A model generated the notes under the pieces. It had not been told where the DNA came from. It worked only from the letters and a program-made list of their open reading frames with translations, and did no database searches. Both the position numbers and the translations under genes were made by a program. Below, piece after piece: positions 25,471 to 38,347 of a stretch of 64,000 bases of DNA. Every line of letters starts with the position of its first letter. Position 1 is the stretch's first letter. The stretch spans positions 31,186,001-31,250,000 of the forward strand of contig NC_091477.1 in the NCBI RefSeq assembly GCF_036971445.1, read 5' to 3'. The DNA comes from Narcine bancroftii. Its lineage: Eukaryota.

Positions 25471-27059
25471 GTCACCTGAGCTTTTATCTTGTTAGCATGA
25501 TGTACCTGGACATTATCTGGTATTTCAGCCTTTTGGAACAATTAGGAGAGGCCTGATTTAATCTGGCTCTTCAAGACGACAAGCTGGACTACTGGTTGTT
25601 ACATATCTGTTTCACAACATCACAGAGAAGTTTCTGCCTTCTAGACTAGTGGGGCTCTCAGGAGAAGATCAAAGTGATCACATATTTACCATTTATGACT
25701 GAATATGACCATCAATACAATCTACAGGGAATCTAATTTATGGAAGCAAGGGCAAATAGATAATGGGATTTAGAGTAACTATAAACCATAACAGTCAAGA
25801 AAACAACAGCTACCTTTGTAACAGCCAAGATTTCCCCATATAGCCAAAAGCAACATTTGGATTTCTGAAATCCTCACATTACAGTCAAGTGTTTTGCAAT
25901 TGTGCCGTGATGTGAATTTCTATTGAGATTGGCAAGAGAGCATGCAGTGCAGGGATTTCCCTGTTCTTCTAATGAAGTTGCTTCAACTACATGTGCCTGC
26001 TTGGATTTGACATAGAGGAATCTTTACTGCATCAAATGGAGAAGGATAGCTACAAGTGATAGGAGAAATTGTGCTTTTATCCCCAAATGTTTATATGTTT
26101 TAAGCAGTGTGTTTTCATTCTTTTAAATTATTTTTGATAGTTTTTGAATATTTCCAAATAGCAGAAATTTTCAAATCACAAAAATCAACAAATGCTACTT
26201 GGCCAAAGTTTTTTTCTAATGCTGAAGTTTGTGAGCAAATCTGGTTCTGAACTCACCACACGATGGCTTCATTTCATCGTCATTATACATCAAGATGATC
26301 CTCTACATAGATTTCTTTTGTGGTATGTGTGGAAATTGTGAAGTTTGATGTAGGACAACGATGAGCTTGAACCAATTTACTGTTTTGATAAAAAGATTGA
26401 GAAGGAAGGAACCAAATATCAAGATACTTCACTCAGTTACTCCAATTATAGTTACGTAAAAATTAAGCTAACTGCAACAATTTAAATGACCACATTGGCA
26501 AATAAACTAGGGACTAAAGAACATTCATTAGCATGCAGACTAGTTACACTCACCATTAAAATGTAAAGGGCATGTCACAAAATCAAGCGTTTCCTGGTGG
26601 AATAAATAATTTAAGGGGACATTATTACAAATGCAAGGCTGTTAAAATTCAAATCAACCCACATTTATAAACTATAAAGGGGAAAAAATAATAATGGAAC
26701 TATAAAAATGTCTTGACAGATGTGTATGAAAATAGCAAGGATATTTTAAAATTCTTGAACATCAGTTTTCCTTCACTGATTAAATGGTAAATTACATGAT
26801 CATCAATTACAGAAGTTACCTTGTGTGGTAGTGAAGGTGTAAATTATATCCACAAATATTTCCAATAATGGAGTAGAGAGATAATTAGATACGAAATGGG
26901 AAATTCTCATGATGGATGTAAAATGAGTAATTTCTATTTTTTTTCCTAAGAGACCAATGTCTATAATTTCATTGTAATTGATTGTTTTAAGTATTTTCCT
27001 TCATTGCAAGGTGAGGGGAATTACCATCTCACAATGAAAGGAATTCCATAAAATACAAA

Positions 27060-27560
27060 TTTTAGAACAATATAACTGCATAGAAAACAGGCCCTTCTGG
27101 ACAGACTTCTGATGACACAGCTTTTATTCAGTCTAGTTGCCCTGTCTTGGACTCATCCATACCCCCCATACCCCTCTCATCCATATACCAGTCAAAAATG
27201 TTCTTAAATTTTAAAATTAAACCCACATTCACTTCAGCTGGCAACCTTTTTCATACTGTCCCTTGTTTCACACTCTGAGCGAAGAAATTCTCTCTAATAT
27301 TCCCCCTAAACTTCTCCCCTTTCACTCTTCACCTATGTCAGTTGAAAACCCCTACTTGCACTTACTCTATCTGTACCCATCAAATTTCAATCAAATCTCC
27401 CCTCAAGGTTCCAGGGAATGAAGTCATAAACTATTCAACTATCTCAATTCCTCAAATCATGGCAATATCCTACAACATTTTCTCTGCATTCTTTTAATTC
27501 TATGAATATCTTTCCTGTAGGTAAATAACCAAAACAGCACACAATACTTCAAATCTGGTC
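27060..27560 (-). mobile_element. CR1 LINE 3' fragment
   Basis: Reverse CR1 sequence (aaacttctcccctttcactc; aaataaccaaaacagcacacaatacttcaaatctggtct, i.e. RPDLKYCV). Confidence 0.65.
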
Positions 27561-30190
27561 TCACTCTCATAGAGAGGGCTCACACTAAATGGTTAGTTTA
27601 TTTTTCAAAAAAATATGTGCGTCCAGACCCTTAAAAGCACAAATGTGTGAGAATTTATTTGGAGCATGGAAAATGAAAATTATTCCATTGCAATATTCAG
27701 CACACTGCATTCTGCTTTAACCACCATATTTTAGAATGTCGAATCCGTGCAGGTCTTTAAAATTAACAGTTTCGTGTGTTCATGGTATACTGGCTGCACA
27801 AATTTCATCTAGAAAAAGATAATTTCTATCAGGACTGATACTTACATTTTTATTCAAAATTAATAAAACAATAAATGAACCATTTTGATGGTTCAATATT
27901 TTAGGTTGGTGAACTCCAGCAGATTAAAGTCCATATAGGACAAATAGAGAGCAGCAATGAATACTTTGTGCTGGTTTGCCAATGTAGCTTTGAATAAATT
28001 CAGAACATTTCAGAATTAGAGCTCAATTCAGTCATTTATGTTTACAATCCTGTGATTTAAAGTAAACATTTAATTATTTTATCATTCTAATTTATTTCAA
28101 AATTTCTCTATTATTTGCCAATTAGGAATTATTTTTTGATATTTCAAAAGTGAGTGTATTTAAAAAAAAAATAGATGTGTTTATTCTCTCTTATTTCCTT
28201 TACAATAGAGTATGTATAGTTGGAAGTAGATATGTAATGAAACAGATCCAGTCAATAACTGATGAACATAAATTAATTTTGAAACCTGGTGCTTCAAACA
28301 ACAAGCAAGTTCTTTATTAATTTGCTCTACAATATTTCTATTAACTACACTAATCATACAGAACACTACCAATAACATAACAAGACCTTCAAGGTGATGT
28401 GAACAAGTCTTTTAAAATGCATTGGCAAATAAGAAAGGCCGCAGATGCTGGAAGAATTGCAACGACGTACAAAATCCCAAGAAAAGGGTTATTACTCAAA
28501 CTGTTGACTGCATATTGCCTTCTGTAGATGCGCCTGACTTGCAGAATTCCTCCAGCATTTTGTGTGATGCTCCACTTAAAAACTATTCTTCATATTAGTT
28601 CACATTAATGAAAATAGTCCAAAATGTTTAGCCAATCATGTGCTTTCCCATTTTAAAGCATCAGATTAAAAATAGTTAAATTATTTTGATACAATTTATA
28701 TCTAAACCATTGGAACAGGGAGGCAAATAACTGCATTCCTCTTTTATAGGCCAGTTAATGTATTTTACAAATTTACTATCTTGATATTTTCATTTCTATC
28801 CTGTTATTGTATCCCACTGCAGCCCCTCACACTCCTAAGTCAACACCATCAAGATTTAAAAAAATTATAGGTATATAGCATGGTAACAGGCCATTTCAGT
28901 CCATGAATCTGTGCTGCCCAATATGCTCTGCAAAGTTCAATTGGTTTGTTCCTGTTCAATTTTTCACAGCAAGAGCTGTATCTTTTGCATTTGCTATCAA
29001 ATTTATGATTGAATGGATTTTTAGACTTTCATCAACAGAAATAATTCTTAAAGGAAAATAATATCTTTATAAAATCAATAGTAATGGCACAATGCACTGC
29101 TCATTGGGACAAAAAAAATGTTCTTGTGATCTCAAAAAAGAACAAAATTACAAGCATCAATGAAAGTTTATTTAATCACTACGTAATGAAGTGACTGACT
29201 CCAAACACAAATGCATCAATAATAATGACACATTTAAAGCCAATAATTTAAAACTCACATTTACATTACCCTGTACAATGCTTCATTGAAATAACATGAG
29301 CATTTTTAATTTCATTATGTCTGTACAAGTTCTCCAGTCAAAATTCTGTGGTCATGAAGCGCAATGAAGCAATAGTGAATATTTTTGGACCACAAGGAGC
29401 AATGATAGATCCTGCTTCTGCAGGAGGAGTTTCATTTCAAGGATAACAAATCAACAAGCCTTAAAAAAGAACCTAGCAATTCCTAACACAAGGGTCAAGT
29501 TAAAAGATAAACTGATGATGCTGAAGTCAGGAAATATGCCAGAACCTAATAATTGACATACACAAATTTTAAAGGAAGTGGCAGCAAAAAGATCAAATTC
29601 ATTAGTTGAAGAATTTTTTTAAACTTGGTGAGTTTGTGAATATACTGGTATGTTGAAAACCACAAATCTTATGCTGATGTTCAAGAAAGGAAAGAAATAG
29701 AAAGCAGGAAACTACACACCAGCACCTTAACTTCAAGAATGTCAAGAATATGATAGAGTCTATATTTTAAGGAAAATAGCCAATCAATCATATTTGACAA
29801 ATTTGTTATCAATCTTTCAGGATTCAGCTAGTAATCATTAAATGAGATAGTGTATTTGAACTTCCTGAAAAAAATTGATAATTGCCATATAAAAACTATG
29901 ACAGATGAGCCCAAACATTTGTAAGTTAACATGGGTTGAAGGCTGGTTATCATATCAAAGACAGAGTGGAATAAATGGCTGTTTTTTTTGAGACTGAAAG
30001 ATGTAATAGGTGGAGTACCACAAGGATCACTGTGCGGTCCATATTTACTATCTGCAAGTGGAGGCAGAAGATATCCAAGTTTGTTGAGAACAAATTGGTC
30101 AGGGAGCATGCTGTAATGAGGAAATTTAGACATCATAACTGGTTGTAGATAGGTTGGGCAAAAATTTGGCAAATGGAGTTTAATATAGTA

Positions 30191-30764
30191 CATTTCTCCT
30201 TACATGAAGTTCTGTTAATCGAAATGATCCATTAACCGAACCTTTTTGCTGTGATGACGTGATGTCACAAATTGAAAAACTAAATCACCCAATTTGTCCA
30301 TGTAGGGCTCTGATGCTCTATTGGTGCCATTTTGATAACAACTGAGGCCTCATGGTAGGCAGAGATCAAATTGTTTTTGGTACGTGTTAAATTTTATTTC
30401 ATACTCGAAAAGCCTGCTGTTGTTTTTAAGTTATTCTTTAACTGCTGATGCTACTGACCTGTTTAAAGCCATTATTCTGTTAACCAAAAAATACCCAATA
30501 ACCAAACAACGTCCGGTCCCAGGCCTTTCAGAAATGGGGAAACATTCTTTGGCTTGGCTTCGCGGACGAAGATTTATGGAGGGGATAAAAAGTCCACGTC
30601 AGCTGCAGGCTCGTTTGTGGCTGACCAGTCCGATGCGGGACAGGCAGACACGATTGCAGCGGTTGCAAGGGAAAATTGGTTGGTTGGGGTTGGGTGTTGG
30701 GTTTTTCCTCCTTTGCCTTTTGTCAGTGAGGTGGGCTCTGCGGTCTTCATATTGTAACATATTG
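30191..30764. mobile_element. Tc1/mariner-Tigger-like MITE, with an RTE inserted in its right end
   Basis: TA-flanked; subterminal repeats ttctgttaatcgaa/ccattaaccgaa and ttctgttaaccaaa/caataaccaaa; right terminus ttcagaaatggggaaa...attg is split by the RTE. Confidence 0.5.
30547..30748 (-). mobile_element. RTE LINE 3' fragment (same family as 11354-12490)
   Basis: Near-identical to 11360-11560; encodes EDRRAHLTDKRQRRKNPTPNPNQPIFPCNRCNRVCLSRIGLVSHKRACS. Confidence 0.92.
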
Positions 30765-31279
30765 TATAGGTAAATGTGAGGTAGTGCACTTTGTTTGGAA
30801 GAAGCAAAATATAGACTATTATTTGAATGGGGAGAGACTGTAAAAAGATGTTCTTCTCCCCAAAACAAAAATGATAATGTGCACGCATAACAATTCAGAA
30901 GGCAGATGGCATAACCACTTCTATAATTTATGGGTTAGATTTGGAGATCAACATTTCAGATGGAAAAAAATATTTTTTGTATCTACTTTTAAGAATTTTC
31001 TGTCTTCAATATGATCATTTCTCATTCTTCTAAATTTCAGAGAAAAAATTAATATTATAAGCATATACAGAATCTATTGGCCTGGTTTTAATTATGAAAT
31101 AGGTGCATTTTCAGGAATGGTATGGTATACACATAAGGAATTCTCATCTTATGATATTTTAAATGTCAGGCCTCATTTAAATATTAGACAGATGTAAACT
31201 ATTCTCATTTGGGAAGAGGGGATGAAGGATTGTTAAAATATGCATCAATTTAGTAATGAGATGCACTTATATGAGATGT

Positions 31280-32128
31280 AAAGATGGGGGTGCTGACGGA
31301 ACCACTGTAGCACCAGTGCTGCCACTGGTGCAGACCCGCAGGGAATTAGGGAACAGAAATACAGTGTTCTCGCAGAGTCCAGCCACCAAGTCGACTGCTA
31401 CTGGCTCCACACGTGTTTGGAATGGCCTGTTGGTGGTTTTATTTGCGATCCCGTAATTGTGGGGTCTGCACCCAAGATGGTGACACCTATTAATTGGCAG
31501 CAGCCATGAGGGGCTGTAGACTCCGGGGAAGTGGAGGACTGGAGCAAGGCACCAGAGGATGGGAGGATCACACCCCCCCCCACCCCATGTGTAAGATGAC
31601 CCACGAAAATTCGACCACAGAAGTGGACCAGTGAGAAAGCTCTGCGACGGGCTGCTGGCGACTTGAGGCAAAGAACCCACGGAAACTGCAGTGTGCTGGA
31701 GACTGCTGTCGGGAGACTCGTGCCGGGCTGAGGACTGCTGGTGTCTGGCTCAAACTGGCCAGAGGAGTACCAGGTATTGGAACCGGGATGTGAGGGGATG
31801 CCAAGGGTGCCAAAGGGTCCCTGACCGTGTCACAGGTTCGGATCTGGAGGTCGGGTTGCCAATAGTTTGGACTGCACTCTGTATGGCTGTGGAGGCTGCG
31901 TAAGCCCTGGAGGGGAATCCACAGATATTTTGTGACTCTGGGGGGTGGGGAGGGGGGACGACACTCTCTTTTGCTTCTCTTTCTCTGACTAAGTCTGACT
32001 GTAAGAAGTGCTTAGGCAATTTCTGCCAGTGGCTCATCCATCTGCCTTGCAGCAGGCAAAACAAAAAATGAATTTCATGTAATAGGACCCTGTTTTATTA
32101 CTATGACAATAAATTGAATCTTGAATCT
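31280..32128 (+). mobile_element. Near full-length (~850 bp) non-coding non-autonomous retroelement
   Basis: Starts aaagatggggg and ends atgacaataaattgaatcttgaatct; homologous in reverse to 44820-45520. Confidence 0.7.
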
Positions 32129-32261
32129 ATATGGTTTGAGAATTAATAACAGAAAGCGAAAGAAAATGAGGATAAAAGCTTAAGAAAGAGAATCTATCTC
32201 ATCGTGCAGTCCCTCAAACCTGTTGTTTCCATTATTATTTTCCTCAATTTCATGAGAGACA

Positions 32262-32375
32262 GTAGATGCTAGAACCAGTCCTGATGAAGGGCAATTGCCC
32301 AAAATGTTGACCATTCTTTGTCTCCCACTGAAGCTGCCTGATCCACTGAGTTCCTCCAGCAGATTATTTATTGCT
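32262..32375 (+). mobile_element. Penelope terminal-repeat fragment with a decayed minimal hammerhead ribozyme motif
   Basis: AGTC-CTGATGA-A-GGGCAATTGCCC-AAAATGTT-GACC followed by gctgcctgatccactgagttcctccagc. Confidence 0.65.
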
Positions 32376-32534
32376 CTATTTCTATGCAGCCTACCCCCAC
32401 ATAAAGGCTGCTTCACTAAATAGTTTCATTGCTGGAGGATGGATTATATGGTAACATCTAATGGCATTCTTCCATTCTACTTTGCTACAGATGGAAAACA
32501 CTGAAATAACTTGTTGAACACATTACATTTTTCA

Positions 32535-33180
32535 GTCAAGGTCTCAGGAGATTATTGTGAACTTCAGGAGGACCACCCTCCACAACACATTAACAGCTCT
32601 GTAGTGGAGAGAGTATGGAGCAACAGGTTCCTATCCTGGACCCAAAACATCTCATTTGTCAGCAAGTTACAACAATGAGTTCACTTCATAAGAAGACTGA
32701 GGCAGGCAATAGTACCAGCCACCATCCTGTCAACTTTCTGCAGAAGCTCTATCGTCCTGACAGGTTGCTTCACAGAAAAGAGAATTACTGAAGCTTCCCT
32801 TCCATCTCACCACCCACCACAACACCCCCATCCATGTGGGATCATTGTCTAAACAGGGGTCACAAAACCATCAAGGACCCTATCATGCCACATGCACCGT
32901 CTTCCAGCTACTCCCATGATGAAAGAGAAACAGGAGTATCAGAGCCAGAACCACCAGGATGAGAAACAGCTTCCTCCCACAGGTAGTGAACAACAGATGA
33001 ACTGCTCATATGACTCAACTATTTATTCAACAATAATATTTATTTATTTTAATATTTGTATATATCTTTCAGTGCATATATATCATTTGTCTTATGTATC
33101 ATATATGTTTACCATGTGTGACATTGAGGACTGGACAACACTGTTTCATCAGGTTGTACATGTACAATGGCTGAACTTGA
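32535..33180 (+). mobile_element. Rex1/Babar-like LINE 3' fragment
   Basis: EIIVNFRR...HINSSVVERV remnant and the 3' motif ccagaaccaccaggatgagaaacagcttcctccc. Confidence 0.65.
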
Positions 33181-33959
33181 CCATGAGTATTTACTCCTGC
33201 ATACTGATTACATTGGGCCAGACATAGTGAAATTCTTCAATATCTCGTTCACAAACATAGCTTATAGGTGAAAAAAAATCCCCTCAAGTGTGTTAAGTAG
33301 CCTTCACTTGGATGATGTGTGTGAGCTGTTAACATTTTTACAGACACACACAGATGCATGGACTTGCTATAGGAATGACTCAGATGCACAAGGGATTCAC
33401 CTCATCAGGATAATTAAATTGATAATTAAGTAATAATGGCAAAGGAATAATCATAATCACCATTCAATTCAAGGATAAACTTCCTGTAGTATGACAGGAA
33501 TCATGGGATGTTAAGAAATATCTGCAGCTGTGAAGAGTAGATGTGTCAAAATGTTTGTCAAAAGAATTGAGGATTAAATAGTCCTCTAAGGCATATATTT
33601 GGGCTCTTCAAAGGCTAGAAACTTGTCAATCACAAGTGACCAGATGGTTTATAGGAGTTACTGGGGAAACAAAAGCCAACATCTCTGCTTACAATCTTAC
33701 CAACTCTGTCATGAAAGAACATGAAAAACTAAGAATAAATTAATGTGCTATTGTTCAGAATTTTGTATCTGATTCACCTTAGACTTCAGTTCATACTTTT
33801 AGGGGAATATTTTGTGACACCAATAGATAAGAGGGTAAGAAACTCAAGACAGCTTAATGTTCAGAACACAGGAAATAAGAAAGTTCAGTTTGGATTCTAT
33901 GATTTACGAGGTTGTTTGGCCTATTGAACCCATGATGGTTTGATTCTTCAGCTCTTACC

Positions 33960-34130
33960 ACAAGGAATAATTGGTGACCAATTAACTGATGAGCTCATCT
34001 TTGAAAGAAGATTGAAGACACTGGCATAAATCCACACAATCACACGGAGAACATGTAAAGTCCACACAGGTCAGAACTGAATCCTAATATGTACAGCTGT
34101 GAGGCAGTCGCACCATCTGTATCTCACCGT
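33960..34130 (-). mobile_element. V-SINE, degraded
   Basis: aaatccacacaatcacacggagaacatgtaaagtccacacag...cagctgtgaggcag. Confidence 0.55.
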
Positions 34131-34183
34131 ATCAATGGAAGCTAATTTTGAGTGATTATCTTGTTCATAATGAGTCAATTTTA

Positions 34184-35241
34184 CCATTAAGAACAGCAAG
34201 TTTTTTTAAAAAACAATCTAATCACATTGATACAAGCAAAATAAATCAGTGCTTGCTGTCTCATTAGAAGGATTTGAAACAACTTAATCCTGATCATTTA
34301 CCTAATCTAATTTTTTAAATGTATACAGATTTATTAGACTAGTGCCCTAAGATTTCAATGTCAAGCTGAAATATCTACAATTTATATTGCAACTGGCCCA
34401 CAATGGTCCCAAGCCATTCTAATGTGTTGCATGTTGGATAGCTATCAAATCTTCTGCTAACCCTCTTCAGCCCAACCTCAGCTGGCAACAACTAGCCCTG
34501 TCCAGCCGCAGGTCTTTGAGGTCACACGGGGAAGTTTGCCTGCCTGTCCTTATGCAGTTGTAGCCCAGTGCCTCCTGTTGAAAATACATGTAAATTTCTG
34601 AGTGACCCGTGGTTGGTAGCACATGTGTAAACGAAGGAGTAGCAATAATAACATTGCACAATGGATTTTTCTTCCTATACGCTTTTGGGTGGATTTTATG
34701 GATTTTAGGCTGGTGATCAAGAAAATCACCACAAAAATCCCCTATCACGTTCCGTTTTGTGATTCCTATCATATTTTAAGTCTACTTCAAGCATTCAAAA
34801 CCAGACGTGCAATGTCATTGAAAATTAATTTTCTGCATTTGGTCTTGGACTTCTTCCTGATCTTGGTGCATTCAGTGATGAACAGAGTGAAATGTTTCAC
34901 CAGGTAATTGCGACCATGGAAAAGCAGTATCAGGGCAACTGGAACCCATCAATTCTGGCTGAGCATTGTTGGACACTGACGTGAGTAACATCAGATGCTG
35001 AGCACAAATGAAAAACAGGTCAAAACATTTTTAGGTCAGTTGAACTAATGCAATGAGTCAGCGTCATTACACAATTAAACATGCTAAGTTCAATAAAAGT
35101 TTATCTAATGTTTCTTCAATTTCCTACATGATACTGCAAATTTGAAATTATCTTTGTGTTCAACATGAAGTTGTCTATCATAATTCCCAATCGTTTTTCT
35201 GGAAACAAACCGTTTGGAAAAAAATATATCGTTGCCCAGTG
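34184..35241 (+). mobile_element. Chapaev3 (CMC superfamily) DNA transposon, internally deleted
   Basis: 34812-34980 encodes MSLKINFLHLVLDFF/DLGAFSDEQSEMFHQVIATMEKQYQGNWNPSILAEHCWTL, matching the Chapaev3 transposase C-terminal H..DFF..NLG..SDEHGERFHQDI motif. Right terminus GTTGCCCAGTG followed by TAA. Left end approximate. Confidence 0.8.
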
Positions 35242-35769
35242 TAATTTAACTTTATTGCCACGTTATTGCCTACCACAGTGAGAAAGATCCTTTGGTGAGC
35301 AGTCTACAGGTTAGATGTTTGGTTCAAGCCAGTTCTTTTTTTGGTCAGTGACTTCAGAGGAAGCTGTGTAACCAGAAGTCTGTCTGGTAGCTGGAACTAA
35401 GGGAGCACATGGACAACAGAGGACTATACAAAAGAAGTGTACCGGTAATTGTTTCCTACTCATTACTATATATGAGGCATGAACTTGCTTTAATTTCACT
35501 GCATCTCTACATTCTGCTTTTGTTCCTGCAATCTGTCTCTCCATTGCTCTCTCCTCCCAGTTATCTCCACCTTTAACTATCACCTCCACTTTCAAACCTT
35601 CCACTCTGCCACTTGCACTATTTCCCCCCCCCCACCCCCCACCATGTCACTTCATCAATTATACTGTACCATTCATGACAAGTGATCCTCTCTGTTACAT
35701 CCCCAATGGCCAACTCAACCTAGATTCACACTGCACAGCCAACTTACTTTGATTTCTATTCTCTCCCTT

Positions 35770-36115
35770 GGGATGAGACTGGCTGAAGGGGTACCCGGTA
35801 TTGGAACCAGGATTTGAGAGGGTGCCAAGAGCACTGAAGAGTTCTGAATCATGTTGGAGATTTGGAGCTCAGGTTGCTGATAGTTTGGACTGGACTCTGT
35901 ATAGCTGCAGAGACAGCAGGAGCACTGAAGGTGAATTCATGGCCACTCGGTAACTCTGTGGGGGTGGGAACTCTCTTTTGCTTCTCTTTCTCTGACAGTA
36001 AGAGGCATTCGGCAGTCTCTGCTGATGGAGAATCTGTTTGCCTTACGACAGAGTAAAGGCAGTCCTGTGTAATATTTCACTGTTTTTATTACATGTCGAT
36101 AACAGAATCTTGATC
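35770..36115 (+). mobile_element. 5'-truncated copy of the 850-bp non-autonomous family
   Basis: gggtacccggtattggaaccaggatttgagagggtgccaa and the tail acatgtcgataacagaatcttgatc match 31770-32128. Confidence 0.7.
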
Positions 36116-38043
36116 ATCAATCATGGCTGTTGGTGCCTTCAAGTACCATCTCTGAACATTGCAGGTGTGAAACCAGATGCATTTTTGCTCAGAACTCTAT
36201 GAGAAGCTCCAAGCTGTTGCACAGGAGCATACAGATGACATAGTGGAAATGATCACATCTGGCTTCAGCCAGCTCCAGTCATCCATTTTAGACTTCCAAT
36301 TGGATTTGCAACCATGGAGGACCCGGGCGAGTGTTAGATTGCTCAAGAGCAGCTTTGATTCTGGATTATTTAGAAAAAAATAAATAGTTTGAAACACTTC
36401 ATCTGAAAGATATGCAAAATATCCTTCTCTTCTTCCACACACTTTTTCCTGCTTCCCCAATTTAAGTTTGTCATTATTTCTAGGTCATGCATATTTTATG
36501 TTATGGATCTTTTTCTCTACAAGTTATTAAATGCACCATGTTTCTTCTACTTCTGAGTCTCATCATTTATTCTGGCACATTGTCAAATTTTCTGAATAGT
36601 TGAAAACTGACTCCAAGAGCATAAAATATTGATAGGAAAGAGTAACTTGTTACATCAAACTTGCTTGCCTGTCAATGTCAATGCAGCAGATGTTAAAGTC
36701 AGCTGAAGGACACTAACAATTCAGAACTCCAGGGTAACAATAATCCATTTCTCAAACTGGTATCACTTAAATATTTCTGTGAACTTTTCACAGAAATATT
36801 GCTGCTTTAAATATGATGGTCACTTAGTTACACATGTTAATTTATGAAACTATTTTTGCTCTGTTTCATCCTTTTTTAATTGGCAGGAATGGTCTCCAAG
36901 TTATGGACATAACTTTGTGTTAGAGCACTGGAGAAATTACTATTCCAATGTATTTGTATATGTTCTGAGAACCTTTATGGAGGGCATCTGTAACCCCCAT
37001 GAAACGGATGATTTGTTAACCAAGTTATCATGGCTCTGTGTAGGTACATGAAATTAACGTACCTCAGACAATTGAGGTTCCTTGTGTTCAGAGACATTAG
37101 TCAGATCTGTTGGCGTGGTGCTGCACTGATCAATAAACACAGTTTCTCCGGTGTGAGCTCATACAATAATCAGGTCACAGCAAGATATAAAAATAATGCT
37201 GCAAATATTCAAGAGGTTAGGCAGCATTTGTGGAGGGGAAAAATGGTTAATGTTTCAGGTTAACAACTTCATGTTTCAATTTACAAGGACTGATTAAATG
37301 CAATCTAAAAATATAATCGGGAGCATTAAGCCCCATGGGAAAAAAGGAGCAAAAGTAACAAGAGAATCTGAGCATAATCAAGAAAGTAAATCAGCTTTTA
37401 AATCCTCTTATTGTGAAAATTTGAGTTTATAGTCACAGAAGAATCTATAAATTGGAGATATTATGGATAGTTATTACGAAGAATGAAAGACAAACATTCA
37501 GTATGTTCAACAGCTTGAAATGGCTTACAGTGATCGTGAGACATATGGGATGAAGTAATTTGTTGAGGAAGACGGAGGTAATTATGGAAATGCAGAAAAT
37601 TTTTGAAACAAAGGAAACTCTGGGACTTCAAGGTACACAAACACAACTATTACTCAAGATCAGTTGTCCCACATTATAGCAATGCATCACACATCATTAG
37701 CTAACCCTGAACTTTAACAGGAGGTAAATTAGGCAAAACCGTCATAAAATTTAATTTAATTGATGGTGGGTGAGTAAGAATGTGATGAAGATCACAATAC
37801 CTATCTGCCAAATCAAAAAGAAATTGGAAAATCTAGGTCAGGCTTCCTCTGTGGGAAGTTAAATGTTTAATGTTTTAGGTTAATGATATCTTGTCATAAA
37901 TAGCAAGACTAAAAATCTGAACAAAGTTGATATTTCTCTTCCCACAGAGGCAGCCTGACCTACCGAGTCTTTCAAGCATTTTCTGTTTATTTCTTGGTTA
38001 TGATTCACATTCGTTTTTTGAAGGGGTTGCAAAGGAGAAAGAT

Positions 38044-38347
38044 TGTACAGGTAATAACACTGATTCACCACAGCTTGCAAACAAAAAAAAATACACTCAC
38101 TCATTTAATTCAGCACACCAGGACGTGGACTTTCATTTTATTATTCACTAGACACAACACTGCATTCTTCAACTCCCCAAACACCACCCAACTAAACTTC
38201 TCTGGCCACACGGGTGATCTTGCGTCTGGAATTCATCACCCATATACTGACGCTTAACACACCCACGCATGCTCATTATTACTCTCGCGCATCGTATCGC
38301 TTACATCATTAGCGGCGGCCGGCGCAGGGAAGTACGAGACCACGACA
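38044..38347 (-). mobile_element. Probable solo LTR, CpG-rich
   Basis: TGT...ACA ends, minus-strand AATAAA at ~38135-38140, and many intact CpGs at 38286-38345. No clean TSD seen. Confidence 0.5.

Larger units (their letters stand above)
29610..30960 (+). mobile_element. CR1 LINE RT fragment interrupted by a MITE and an RTE
   Basis: GVPQGSLCGP (ggagtaccacaaggatcactgtgcggtcc); ggcaaatggagtttaat resumes as ggtaaatgtgaggtagtgcacttt after 30766. Confidence 0.7.

Noticed and set aside
36177-36383. Protein-like 68-aa ORF
   Set aside because: No recognisable family and no convincing splice signals; expected by chance.
38108-38128. REST/NRSE site (ttcagcacaccaggacg)
   Set aside because: Spacing and right half deviate from TTCAGCACCNNGGACAG, and it lies inside a probable LTR.
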